64,000 bases of DNA from Orbicella franksi. Its lineage: Eukaryota. Position numbers and translations under genes: made by a program. The stretch is from NCBI GenBank assembly GCA_964199315.1, contig OZ116707.1, positions 7,750,001 through 7,814,000 of the forward strand, given 5' to 3'. This document shows, piece by piece, positions 10,755-22,918 of this stretch. The notes beneath the pieces are model-generated. The model saw nothing but the letters and a program-made list of their open reading frames with translations, did not search any database and was not told the origin of the DNA. Numbering within the stretch: position 1 is the first letter of the stretch; the number at the start of each line of letters is the position of its first letter.

Positions 10755-11372
10755 ATGTCTAGAACCGCCGAGACCATTGAGACCATTAAGACTACTGAAA
10801 CCAGAGACAACAACTACAACCGAGACTACTTCTGGTAAGAATAAGTAAATTAGAATCGATAAATTTTATAATAATAATAATAATAATAGTATTAGTAATA
10901 TGAGAATTGAGATTTGATTTAATTTTTTTTTTTTTAAATTCCAGAAACGCTTAAAAAGAGAAAGAATTCTCATCTGGGGCAGGAAAAAGAAGAAAAAGAG
11001 AAGAATGAAAACAAAAGAAGGAAATTAGATCCCTCTGAGACTGACAAGGACAAGAAAGAAGAGGGAGAACTGGATGACGATGACGACGGTGATGACGAAA
11101 TCATTGATCCACCAAAGGCATGGGTAGAGGAGTTATGGGATAGACCCGATATCCTCAAAAAATTCCATGACGGAAGGAAAAATATCGAAGATCATATAAA
11201 TCATATGATAAACCAAGTAGTCCTTGACTTCGACTTTGTTGTCGTTCACACTACATTTCTTTTCTATTCCATGCAGTTCGAGCAGAGTGAAAATTTCTTC
11301 ACGGATGATATGCAAGGCAACCTATATGTACAATTGAGTAAATATAGACTGCAATATTTTGGAGATGGATGA
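10755..11372 (+). CDS. Island gene D: spliced hypothetical protein with an NLS-like KRRK and an acidic tract; start uncertain
   Basis: Intron 10835-10944 (GTAAGA...poly-T aaattccAG). Exon 10945-11372 is open without an early ATG, so the ORF track misses it: ...NKRRKLDPSETDKDKKEEGELDDDDDGDDEIIDPPKAWVEELW... The ATG at 10755 is out of frame with the spliced exon. Confidence 0.5.
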
Positions 11373-12556
11373 ACAATTTGAGTCCAAGAGATTGTGTAGA
11401 TCTATTTTTTTTGCGAGAAAGATATGCTGTCCAATTTTGTCAAAAAGCTGGATGCATGGTGGCTGGTGATATAGATTTTTTTTGCTCCTAGAAATGAGAG
11501 ATTTAAACAAAGTGACATCAAAACTTGAATTATGGAGAAGAGAATGCTTGATACTTGTCAACATAAGTATGTTCTGTAATAATTGCAAAAATCTATTAGC
11601 CGAGACATGTCTGCAATCCTTTTGAATATCACTGCATTGCTAGTGAGACTAGCACAAACGATTACCAACATATATAGGAATAAAATACCGTGATTTTTGT
11701 TTCCAAGAAAGAAAATTATTGTTATTTTACTTGCATGCACTACAATATGTACTATCCTTGTATTGCACCAAGTTGGGGACTTTTTTCTACAGTTGACTAA
11801 AGGTCCACTTTTTTCAGGCTGGAGGTATCATAAGACTTAAAAGGACAGGCATTTCAAACATTAAGTGATCATTTATCCCAGAAATAAGATCTAGCAGGCC
11901 ACATTAGGTTTGTGAAAGGGGTTTCAGGTTAGAAGCTACATGTATATGAAAGGAAAGCCTTTCCTGTCAAGAACACTGTTAAATAGATAGGTCTTTGACA
12001 TTGGGCCAGAGCCTCCTTGTATAAAACTTTGTGACTCCCTTCCTCCTTCCCATAGACGTAGTTCTATAGAAAAAAAAGCCTTATAAATTGTAAATAAAAA
12101 CATTCCCTTCACTTCAGGTTCATGATTGAAACAAAACTATCTGAAATCATTCTTATAATATTGAAGGAAATACTTTTTTTCTATAGATTTCCTGTTTACC
12201 TGCAAGCTACAATCAAGCTGTTTATGTTTGACTTAGCTTAAAGTAAACAAGATTTTGCCAATATCCATGTCTCACTTAAACTGTCTATCACCCTTGCCTA
12301 ATATCTTTCTTTTTCAAAAGTAGATATACAAAATAAACAAAAAAAGCAGCACAATAAGATTTGGAGTTAATCCTGATTTTTAAAAGCCAATCGAAATCAT
12401 GGTTCTCGGAGTAAAAAACACGCCATACAGGGGACTGGCACTAGTAAGTTGTGACGTCAACCCGCTATCTTGGCGATAACATGCAACAAAACACAACAAA
12501 GAAATATAGCGAGTTACGCGTGTTCTCCAGTTTTTCGGTCTTCTTCTTCTTCCAAA

Positions 12557-13902
12557 ATGTCAGACGGCAACTCTAATTCCGAAAGGAGCTACAATTCTGA
12601 TGATTCAGAGTACAATTTTATCCCTGGCCACGTCAACATTGGCGATATTGAAGTCCAAGACGATGAAAATTTAGGCGAAGAGCACATTTCCCAGCCAGAC
12701 CCAGACAACTACAAACCCTATGAGGACGAGCCGATAGCAACTGAAGGGTTGCTTTCAGAATACAAAAAAAGACAAAAAACGCAAGTTGAGTTCAAGCGAA
12801 AGCTCCAGGATTGTTACGATGGGAAACAACTCCTAAATTTCTGGTGAGTCAGACCTAGGGTGTAGTGTTTTCTGTACTGTTTGTTGTTTTTTACATTGAT
12901 TAGTCAAGGCCTACTAACCACTGGTTCCTCTACAGGTGCAAATGTGGTGCATGTAGTGCGGAGAATCTGCAGAACCTGAATGAATTCCAGTGCTGCATGG
13001 CAATAGAAGAGTGCGTGGAGTGTCTATCTAGTGAAATGGTAATCGACAAAGTGGGCACAAAGCTGAACTGTGTTACACAGCATCCCAGATTCAGCCAAGT
13101 TTGCCTGCAAAAGTGGAGTTTGCGGTTGGCTGCTGATAAATACAAGACAAGAAATAAGACGAAGTATCGTCAGACTGGAACAGAAAACAGGTAAATAGAA
13201 ACTGTTTTATTAATTTGCCTGTTTGTACTCACTGAGACTAACACTATTCTGATTGTGAAAATATTGAACTTTGTATGCTGTCCAAATTCTTGCACACTGC
13301 ACTTTTGCATGTTTGTTGGCTTGTGTTCCTTTAAAACCTTTTTAGTCCACTTCTAGTTGTTACAAATTCTCCACTAAGATATACCTCATTATAATTATGT
13401 TGATCTCATCAATTTTACTTCCAGATTGAGTACATTTTCCCACAAAAATATTTGGAAAACTTTAATTAGGATTTGTCTCAGAAATTTTATTGCATTAAAT
13501 TTATGGACAGATATTGGACAGAGTTGTCAGAAAATTTTCCATGCATGTCCATGCATGCATGCACTCTATCCAGAAAAATATCTCTTTCTACTGTACATAC
13601 ATATTTATATCCAAGAAACAAAACTGAGCTGGATACAAGTATTTTTTAATATAAATCATACAAAATACAAAATGAGCTAGAATGTAGAATTCTCTGTTGT
13701 GACACTACCCTTTCATCTAAATATTTTTTTTCATAATAGGTTTCTGCGAGGTATTTCCTATCGAAAATTTACTCGCCTTGTCCACGGATACTTAGGTGGG
13801 AGGAGGATACCTTTGCCTGCATGCACATACCATGCAATAAGAACAACATTTCCAGAGGAGAAATCTTCATATGCTGGATTTGAAACTGAAGATTTTGAAT
13901 GA
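12557..13902 (+). CDS. Kolobok second protein (Cys-rich, P2X7 C-terminal-like), 3 exons: 12557-12843, 12936-13190, 13740-13902
   Basis: Canonical GT-AG introns join in frame: ...NF-W-CKCGACS...QCC...CVTQHPRFSQVCL...EN-R-FLRGISYRKFTRLVHGYLGGRRIPLPAC. Confidence 0.8.
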
Positions 13903-14429
13903 TGGACAGCTCATAGACATTAATTGAACATTGTTTCATAGTTAAATAAATTGGAATATTTATATCTCGGAAGTTCTCATTTTGCTTCATCTAGATTCCC
14001 TTCTGATTTTTTGCACATGTGGTCACATTTGTGTCCTTTTATAGGCTGCTGGTGTGTGGAACAGTAGCGGGGCTTTCCTTTAGTGGCCTGTGGTGGCTGC
14101 TGGATTCCATGAGTCTCTACAACTTAAAACAAATGATGTTTGTGTGATAAGCCATGCATTTAACTGGGATTCAGGGGATAATAAAGTGAGCCATTGAAGT
14201 CTTAAAAGTTTGATTTCTTATTGGCAAATAGGAAAACCAAAATTTTGGAATTATATTCTTAAGGTATTTCATTATAGCATCTTTGTCACTGGCAGACAAG
14301 GCATTTAAAATTCAACCCATTTTCCATGGTATTCAGTATAAAGCATTTCTTCATCAGACTAGAAAAGAACAGTGAGAGTGATATGTCAAAGAACATAACA
14401 CACCGACCCTGACTAGGGTTGAATGGTAC

Positions 14430-15410
14430 TTTTTGTACTTTATTGAAATTACCAGGTGTTATCGGGGGCACATCTTTGACTGTCTTTCCTTTCGTTTCTG
14501 CCCTCTTAACAATAGCCTCCTCCCATGATTGCCTTTCCAACATTGTATTCATAGGTGGGGGATTCATGTCACTCAATTCCCGCATGGCAACCCCAAGCTG
14601 GCCTTTTTCCTGAGATTCAATATATGTTTGGTAGATATCCTCCACATAATCTGCAATAATAATAGGACACACCTCTTATTTAGTGGTCAAGGAAAAAAAA
14701 AATTCAGAAAATAATTCATACTTTTAGCAGAATTCTGGTGGTTCAGGTCATGTACAACACCTTTATTTTAATCTACATGTAGATATATATTTTACCATAG
14801 GTGGGCTCCACTTTCACATCACGCGCAGTGGCCTTGCCATTTTTAAATTTTGGCTACACCACTTTCACTTGCTCTGTGCCATCTCCATTTTTTTTCACTT
14901 CTCTCAACAGGTTGAGATTGAAATATAAAGCAGCAATGATGTGCCTTTCAAAAAAGAGCAAACAAAAATGAGAATGTGCTGAGATTTCAGATAAAATGAA
15001 TGCATTTAAAGCCTGGCATTTCACTATAGAAGAGAGTCAATTTCCTTCATCACTGGCCAATCCTTGTAAGAAGGTGAGCATGCAATGTCTATAATTCTGG
15101 TTTTGGTACATAAGTAATCCGTTGCTATTAATCCAGACAATTTATTTGTCACTCCCATTACTCTAATTCAGTTTATTGTCTATTTATGAAAAGGATTGAT
15201 TGGACAACCAACCTGCAATACATTCCTATAAATGAGAAGGCTATCATTTTTGGTGCAAACTGGTTAAGTGTAGAGTGAAAGCCCTCCAAGCAGCTGGTTT
15301 GTGCCTTAGGCGAGGCCTGTTTTGTCCCACTGACCAGGGCAGCATTGTTCAGGGCAGAGTACATTTTCTCATAACTGGGAAATCTATGACAATAAATAAG
15401 CAACTCTGTT
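14430..15410 (-). mobile_element. Kolobok transposase C-terminal exons, decayed, convergent with the Cys-rich ORF
   Basis: TSCLEGFHSTLNQFAPKMIAFSFIGMYCR (15173-15403); HIIAALYFNLNL...PKFKNG...VEPTY (~14780-14940); DYVEDIY (~14650). Confidence 0.7.
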
Positions 15411-17210
15411 AATATTTTGCATACACACTTAATCAGTGGAGCCCTCTATCACTTGCTTTGTTATCTCAAAGTGCACTTTCTTATCACTTCCATGGAGAGG
15501 GTGGGGGGTAAGTGGATATTTCAAGGAACTACATCATGTACATGATCACAATTTATTGAACATATGAAATAAATTTCAGTTAATCAACAACTCTTGTTTC
15601 TAGTTTGAGCTATGTGCTTTGCTAATCATCCGTTCATCGACCTTGGATGGCCTCACATGAGAATCCTGAAAACCAGCCAATCAGAGTGAACTTTAGCATC
15701 TTGATACGTGCTTGCTAAATTTGGCCAGTGTCTTTTGCTCTCACACGAGATAAACTACAGTGCGACATTTTGTCCAGAATATTTTCTATTCACATATTCC
15801 CTCTTCTACTTCGCCCATCATCTGGAAAGTGGTAAACCCAGCCAGAATCTAGCCGGCGTAATTGCAGGGCTCATTGATCTTGCATTCTGCACGGTGTTTT
15901 GAACGCATTATAAACCAAACAGGTCTTGACAACATGCCACCGACTTGCCGAGCAAGGAACACTTCCACGTTGGCTGACCCCGGTTATTTACCTGCAGACC
16001 TCGAACTTGGGAGACAAAATGTTAAAGATTTGCGATCTTTGTGCAGCCGGCTCAACCTTGCAATGACCGGCAGACGTGCTGCCCTGATTAATCGTATCGA
16101 TGAGGCACGGCAAAACACAGGAAACCTTTCTGGCACTCCGCCCCCTATTCAAGATGGCGGCGAGCACATGGCGAACCAAAATGCTCTTGAACTGCAGTTC
16201 CAACAACTCCAGCGTCAAGTCCGAGAGCTACTAGATCGGGAATCGCCACGAGATGGGCTTTTGTCAGCCACACAACTGACCCAAGTACAATCCATCGTAC
16301 AAGGGTCATTAAACGAGGCGATAGAAAAAGCCACAGTTTGTGCTTTCGGTAGCTTGCCTCCACTAGCTCCCAATCCAGCCACCCCTGCAGGAGAATCCTC
16401 TGTGGATGTTACACCAACTTCTTCAGCAGCATCCACAAGCAATAGCCTACCCGAATCACAAGACCTGGAAATTGCTCTAGATCTGCAATAGACACAGCAA
16501 TGGATTCCGCCCACGAGCTGCCGGCCAAACTGGTCAAGGAGATCCCCACTGATGAGTTCATGGAACTATCTAAATTGCTTCCCAAGAACTTTAACCTTTT
16601 AAATCTGTCCCAGGATGAGCCGCTTACCTTAACTGTGGAAAATTCAGTCATTAAAGTAAATAAGGCCAAAACTACAATAATAAGTGACATCCCGGAGTGG
16701 ACGATGGTGTTTAGTGCCTACATGGGTGTTCTAATGAGCAAGTTCCCACACCGTGCCTCTGAGTTACTAGAATATATGTCTCTCATTTGCTATTCTGCTA
16801 GATACCATAAGGGGTTAGGCTGGTGTGTGTATGACATAAAGTTCCGGCAGAAGGCTGCCACTAACAAGTCATTGAAAAGGTCAACCATTGATAGTCAATT
16901 ATGGCTCAAAACCTTCACAGTTGCACCTTCACTTCTAAAGGAAGACGTTGGGGTTTTCCAGTCAGGACCCTCATCGTCAAGTACCTCTAGGGGGACTGAA
17001 AAACATACTTGTCACCACTTCAACAGGGGGGATCCCTGTGCCAGAACCGCTTGCATCTATGCCCACAAATGTAACAGGTCTGGGTGTGAGAAAGATCATC
17101 CCAGGATCAAGTGCCCAAACATGACCCGCCTAGATTAGCTCAGCTATCCGCGGGCATGTTACAATTGTAATTTTAATTTCATAACAAATAAAATGTATGT
17201 ATGTATGTAA

Positions 17211-17254
17211 CTGCAGACAGTACTGTTTCGGCCTTCTGGGCCTCATCAGTGCAG
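17211..17254 (-). ncRNA. Type I hammerhead ribozyme, copy 1
   Basis: Minus strand reads CUGCA-CUGAUGA-GGCC(CAGAA)GGCC-GAAA-CAGUACUGUC-UGCAG: complete core, stems I-III and a GUC cleavage triplet. Confidence 0.9.
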
Positions 17255-17452
17255 TGCTGAAGACTAGGATGGAGGTTAAGCTTAAAAAGCCGCCCCAAAT
17301 GCTACACATGTGGTAGTATCTAAGCCGTTACCAGAGTGCTCAAACTAGCGAGCTAGTGAGCATGCGCAATTGCAACAGTAACGACTCATCCCAGTAGAGT
17401 GCTCAAACTGAACATGAAAGCAGAGCTTTGTATGCCAGCGAGCTATATCTAA

Positions 17453-17496
17453 CTGCAGACAGTACTGTTTCGGCCTTCTGGGCCTCATCAGTGCAG
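17453..17496 (-). ncRNA. Type I hammerhead ribozyme, copy 2
   Basis: Identical 44-nt motif, 242 bp from copy 1. Confidence 0.9.
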
Positions 17497-17540
17497 TGCT
17501 GAAGACTAGGATGGAGGTTAAGCTTAAAAAGCCGCCCCAA

Positions 17541-17566
17541 TGTATGTATGTATGTATGTATGTATG

Positions 17567-17596
<30 letters not shown>
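17541..17596. repeat. (GTAT)n microsatellite
   Basis: About 14 perfect tetramer copies; shorter GTAT runs occur at ~17194, ~17857 and ~42901. Confidence 0.95.
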
Positions 17597-17597
<1 letters not shown>

Positions 17598-19439
17598 CTA
17601 TGGTACAGAAAAACAATCTTCCCCAAGGGTGGGAAAGTCACCTCCTGAGCACCAAAGCACCTGCCACCGAGAAAACCAAAACCAAAACCAATTCATAAAA
17701 CATGTAAATGACAATTTTATAATTAGTTAACATAAGTCAATTGTAAATATGTAAATAGCAATTTCTATTTTAATTTTTCGTTGTCAAATATTTTGTTGCT
17801 CGGAAATATTAGCTGGTCAAGCTACTCTGAAATTCAAGCTTAAATAAAGTTTATTTATGTATGTATGGTGTAGTTACTCCTGTCAATGTAGAAAGGTTAC
17901 ATCAGGCCTTATCCAATCATCCTGAAAGGGAATTTGTCAACAAACTGTGTTCAGACGTGAGGGAGGGGGTTAGGATAGGTTACTCTGGTCATAGATCCCC
18001 ACGCTTTTCAAATAACTTACCTACTGCTTCTTTAAATCCTGAGGTGGTTACAGCAAATTTAAATGATGAGGTTTTAAAAGGGCGTACCATGGGCCCTTTT
18101 TCCACACCCTTTTTTAAAAATTTTCAAGTTTCGCCTATTGGTCTTGTTCCCAAAAAACATTCCGACAAATTCCGAACCATATTTCATTTATCCTACCCTA
18201 AGTCTGGGACCTCTAGCATCAATTATTTTATTGAAAAGGATGATTTCTCCCTCCAATATATTATTATTGACAACACCATCACAGCAGTTCAAAACTTTGG
18301 CCACGGCTGCTACATGGCAAAAACAGACAGAGTCTGCTTTTTGCCTCATTCCACTCCATCCAGATGACTGGGAACTTCTGGGGATGTTCTGGAATGGGCA
18401 GTATTATTTCGACAAGGTACTGCCATTTGGGCTTCGCTCTGCCCCATACATTTTTAACCAATTGTCTGATGCCATCAAGTGGATTTTACTCGACAAATGT
18501 TCCATTTCCTTTGTCGGCCACATCTTGGATGATTTCCTCATAGTGGAACCACCCTGTCCTACCCCTCCGCTGGATTCACTTTGCCGGGCAAGTCTGTCAA
18601 GTATGATCTCGACCTTCAAAACTCTGAACATTCCTATCTCTGCATCCAAAACCGAGGGGCCTTCTCAAATTATTCAGTTCATGGGTATCATACTAGATCC
18701 TGGGAAAATGGAGGCAAGGCTACCCGATGATAAGGTAGAGAGGATCAAGTCTGCTCTCTCCAATTTCCAATCCCGGCGGTCAACAACCCTGCAAGAACTT
18801 CAATCACCAGATAGGTACCCTTAATTTTGCTTGCAAGGTAATAGCTCTTGGGTGCCCCTTCCTACAACGGATAATTCACCTTACCAGAGGTGTTAAGAAA
18901 CCCCATTATCATATAAAGCTAACCACAGGTTTCTACAAGGACATTGAAATGTGAAAGATGTTCATGGACCAGTGGAACGGTATAGGACTATTCCTATCCC
19001 CTCTGTGGGAAAACTCCGACACCCTCTCCTTGTTCACAGATGCGTCTGGCTCCCTGGGTTATAGGGTTTTTTCCAAAAAAGATGCTTTCAGGGACAGTGG
19101 CTACCATCTCAACAACTAGGCCAGCCAGGGATCAGCATTCTCTGGCAAGAACTATATGTAATTAACTTTGCATGCCACTTGTGTGGGGGGCCCTTTGGAC
19201 ATCCAAGCGTATTCAGTTCTATTGTGATAATCAGGGTGTAGTTGAGGTCATCAATTCCCGTCGATCCAAAGTTCCCCGGGTAATGGACTTGGTAAGAGAC
19301 CTAACACTCTGCACCCTGCGGTATAACTTTTATTTTCAAGCAGTGCATGTCCCTGGGATCAATAACAACATTGCAGACTCTCTTTCTCGTTTCCAGATGG
19401 AACGCTTCCACCAGCTAGCACCCCACACCAAGACGAAAT

Positions 19440-20140
19440 CCCAAGACGAAATTCAGGGAGCCGAGAAGCAAGAAGAATCTATAGAGTGCCCAGGAACTAC
19501 CTTCTCAAGGGCAGGAGAGCTCGATAAAGTAAGTTAAGAGAATTTAATAACAACACAGAGATGTCTTGGTCATAAACTAGTGTGCGAGGCCAGTGCTGCC
19601 TTTTGTTAAAGGTGTGTCACATCAGTGCCCCCACTGACAACTGAGGTTCTTTCACAAGGGAGGGCTCTTAGATCCAGTAAGAAGTCAACACAGTTTAGTG
19701 AAGCTCAACGGTGGTATTTAGAAAGCAAATTTAAAGTTGGACAAGAAACAGGACTGAAACTTGATCCAGTGGATGTGGTGCGTGACATGCGTTATGCGCA
19801 GAGCCAGCAGGGGGCAAAATTGTTCACAGTGGATGAATTCTTGACCGCACAGCAAATTCAGTCGTATTTTTCAAGAAGAGCCTCCAAACTGCGGCACTCA
19901 CATTCGGACGACCCAGAATCTGAACAAGACGAAGACGTTATGGCAGCTGAAGAGGAACTCTTGCACGAAAATGTGCACATGGTGGTCTTAGATGAGGTGG
20001 CACTGAGACACCCAATTGTTTTTGATGTTTTCAATCTGTGTGACATGCATGGTTCAGGTAAACTGCAGCAGCTGAGTGTAGCCATGCTCTGTTCGATTTG
20101 TGAACATTTTGATATTGACGTAGGAAACATCAAAGGATGA
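19440..20140 (+). pseudogene. C-terminal fragment of an uncharacterised, probably transposon-borne protein
   Basis: ORF 19625-20140 (...YLESKFKVGQETG...FLTAQQIQSYFSRR...). Abuts the truncated Ngaro element; family not assigned. Confidence 0.3.
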
Positions 20141-22918
20141 CGGAAAGCTCCCTACTTGTCCTTACTTGGAGAGTTTCTCGAGTCATGCGATTGTCACCAT
20201 AGTCCCTGCTTATGACTGGCCACCATTATTATTGTGACTTATTGACCCGGGAGTACCATTTATTTCTAAATTTGAGGAGTGGTTCTAAAGATATTATCCT
20301 AATACAGGTTTTAGCCTCCCCTAAGAACTCGTCAGAAGCCTCGTTTTTACGTTTTCGTTTCTCTGAGCTGGTAACTTTGTATCAAGCTTATACCATTTTG
20401 CTTTAAGACAGTTGACCTGATTGTTAACAGTGCAAGATCATTTACCACTGCGAAAAAATCTCTTGAATTTTGCGGCAGCCGTTTGTGACTCGCTGTCTTA
20501 ATATAGTGATGTTTACAGTCGTTCAAGAGAATCCTGGCAACAATAAGGACTTAGAAGATTTACATGTGCTACATGAAGGTCAGGTGGTATTTTTGGAAAG
20601 TAATCCTCCAGTCCAATCCTCCTTACCAGCATCCAGATGTCTCGCGATCATGTTCTTAGGCAATTTTGGCCTGTGATAAAGTTCAGTAGTTATGATTAAA
20701 TCTCCGGTACGTTAAACTTTCTTTCTGTTTCTTTGCTTTGGTTTTGATTCACAAGAGATATTAACATTTCAGAAAAGCACCAAACGGATTTCGAGTCGCA
20801 TGTAAGCCTGACCAGGGGGGGGAGGGGGGAGGGGGCCATGCAAAAATGACCTCGAATATCTTTGCCACATTATCCAATTTTAACAAATTGAACAAGTGAG
20901 GGATTCGAAACCCTAAGACCGCACGTGACGCACATACCACCAACGATTTGAGAACAACTGCAGGTGGTCATTTTTTAGTTGTTATTGTCATGTGATACCA
21001 CACTCTAGGATCACACGACCACCGCATAAAAATAGCAGATCTAGGTTCTTCATTTCAGCATAATGAGAGTTTGTATACTTATTTCACAAGATTCTTTATC
21101 AATTAGTCTCAAAGCATTATGATGTCAAACGATATAATAAATATATTTTGATGAATACAATTTGCGAAAAGCGATTTGTCAATTTTCGTCATGCCATCTC
21201 ACCACTGTCACACCCAGTGTAATGCTGCTGAGTAAATCAAGCCATGTATGTGGATGGTAAGTCAAAACCTATATGTTGTTTTAAAATCTGAGAAGAAAAC
21301 CTTCTACTTGGCAATACCATTGTTTTAATGAGAACACGAAACACCTTGCAGCACACGAAATAGACCTTAGATGGAATAAATTTAATATTCACAAATTTCC
21401 GCTTCACTCAACAATAGTTACGTACTCATAAACAAGTTAGCACTCCTTTTCAGCGTAAAAAATATTACTTTCGATAAAATTACCCAAAGAAGATAAAGAA
21501 TAACTACAAATCATTTAAATGGGAGAAAGGGTCGCATTCAGGCTAAAATTCCAACTGTTGTTTAGGTTATCTCTTGTATTCATGAAGACAACTGTAAGTT
21601 CAAAGGTCATAAACTTCAAGCGAGTACCGTAAATATTTTCCGTCGTCTAAATTCGCAGTTTCAGTTGCCCGAAAATTTTAATTCACAGAACTATAGAGTA
21701 AGCCTTACTCTTTCTATAGAATACCATCTTTACAGCGGAATCCATGTGCCAGGTAGGGAGTTTTGCTGTTGAAATTTGCCAAAATCGAGCTTTCTGATAA
21801 TGCTGTTTAGGAGGGTAAATTTGAAAATTTATAAAAAATTCAGGTTTGAATCTTTTCCAATTCTAATAACAATACTTTGTAAAGGAAGGGTCATTGAATT
21901 GTGTAATATCAAAATAGTTTTGATATTTGTTTTAGTTTTCTTACACAAGTCACAAATACCAAGCACATTTTTCAGTGGTTCGAGGGCTTCTCCAAGGGTG
22001 AAAATTAAAAAATCGCTTTACTTGAAAAATATAAATCCAAATGAACAAAAAGTTGTATTTTCTGAAATAGTTTCCAGAGGGCTTTCTTGTGAAAAAGTTT
22101 GAGGGAATTCGCTTTTTGCATTTTGCACACCTATCCATAGTATTTACAGGAAGTCACTCTTAAGTATGTTACTTATCTGAAACGAAATATAGAAACTAAA
22201 TACCTCGCTTAGGTTTGTTTATGCCGATTGGAACAGTCTGCCCGTCCAGTAATACATACTTGAGATCATAATTCACAATTTACACTTTTTTATATTGTTA
22301 CTGTTCTTTGCAAGTTCTGTTAAGGTTCGTCAAAATAAACACGGGAATGGGGATGAAGTGCTCCTCTCGTCACACTCTTGCCCCCATAGACTCGATTTTC
22401 GGAGGCCAACTCCCTCCTCTCTACCCAGGAATGTTTACAGTGGCCCTGGGTGAAGGCCTACTCCCTTTTCTCCATCCACTGTCTACATCTCCTTGGGCTG
22501 TAGGTTTTGTTTTCTTGACACTCCAGGGGTTCATGGGGCTAAAATATTAACTGAGCACTCTGTCACCCACTTCCCCATTTTCAGTCACACAAAGTTGTTG
22601 TTGTCCTTATTTACCACCTGACCTAATTCCTTCAATTTGACCATCATCTTGTCTTGGTAGGACTTCCAGTACAAATGAATGGTTGGAAACAGTTTCTCCT
22701 GAGGGGGAAAACCTTTATCAAACTTGTTGCCTAATTTAATCACATAAATCCTGATTAGCTTTCAGTAATTTAATAATCAATAGCAAAGAATCTCCCAGAC
22801 GATCCTTTGGGTATTTCATTTCTGAAAGGCCTGCTATTTGAAATATTAAACAACTAGTACAAGATGATTTGCATTTGATTATTATAGTTGAAATTGAAGC
22901 ATAAATATATGATCTTTC

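Larger units (their letters stand above)
5101..11310. other. Compositionally foreign, gene-dense island of unknown origin (possible endogenous DNA-virus fragment)
   Basis: CpG-rich and GpC-poor: 6 CG vs 1 GC in 7861-8040, against 1 CG vs 7 GC in 11341-11520. Carries short AT-rich canonical introns, divergent genes and its own promoter array. No transposase, RT or recognisable viral hallmark gene. Confidence 0.7.
15600..19430 (+). mobile_element. Ngaro/DIRS-group retrotransposon, decayed: gag-like ORF, RT and RNase H; no tyrosine recombinase present
   Basis: Gag 15934-17138 has a SAP-like LRSLCSRLNLAMTGRRAALINRI and a C-terminal Cys/His finger. RT 17861-18900 (PIGLVPKK...FRTIFHLS, LPFGLRSAP, HILDDF). 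RNase H ~19030-19420 (FTDASG, FYCDNQGVV, HVPGINNNIADSLSR). Confidence 0.88.

Noticed and set aside
5101-11310. The island as a reversed or complemented assembly artefact, since the CpG/GpC swap is the expected symptom
   Set aside because: In the given orientation it has canonical GTAAGT/GTGAGT donors, pyrimidine-AG acceptors that splice in frame and consensus NF-Y/CRE motifs. Test translations of the mirrored sequence at 6901-7210 and 7861-8070 gave no long ORF.
5101-11310. Assignment to polyomavirus, parvovirus, CRESS virus or Polinton
   Set aside because: No SF3 helicase Walker motifs, HUH Rep, PolB, integrase, ATPase, capsid signature or terminal inverted repeats were visible.
17345-17730. 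ORFs containing HTYI/MYVC repeats
   Set aside because: These are translations of the (GTAT)n microsatellite.
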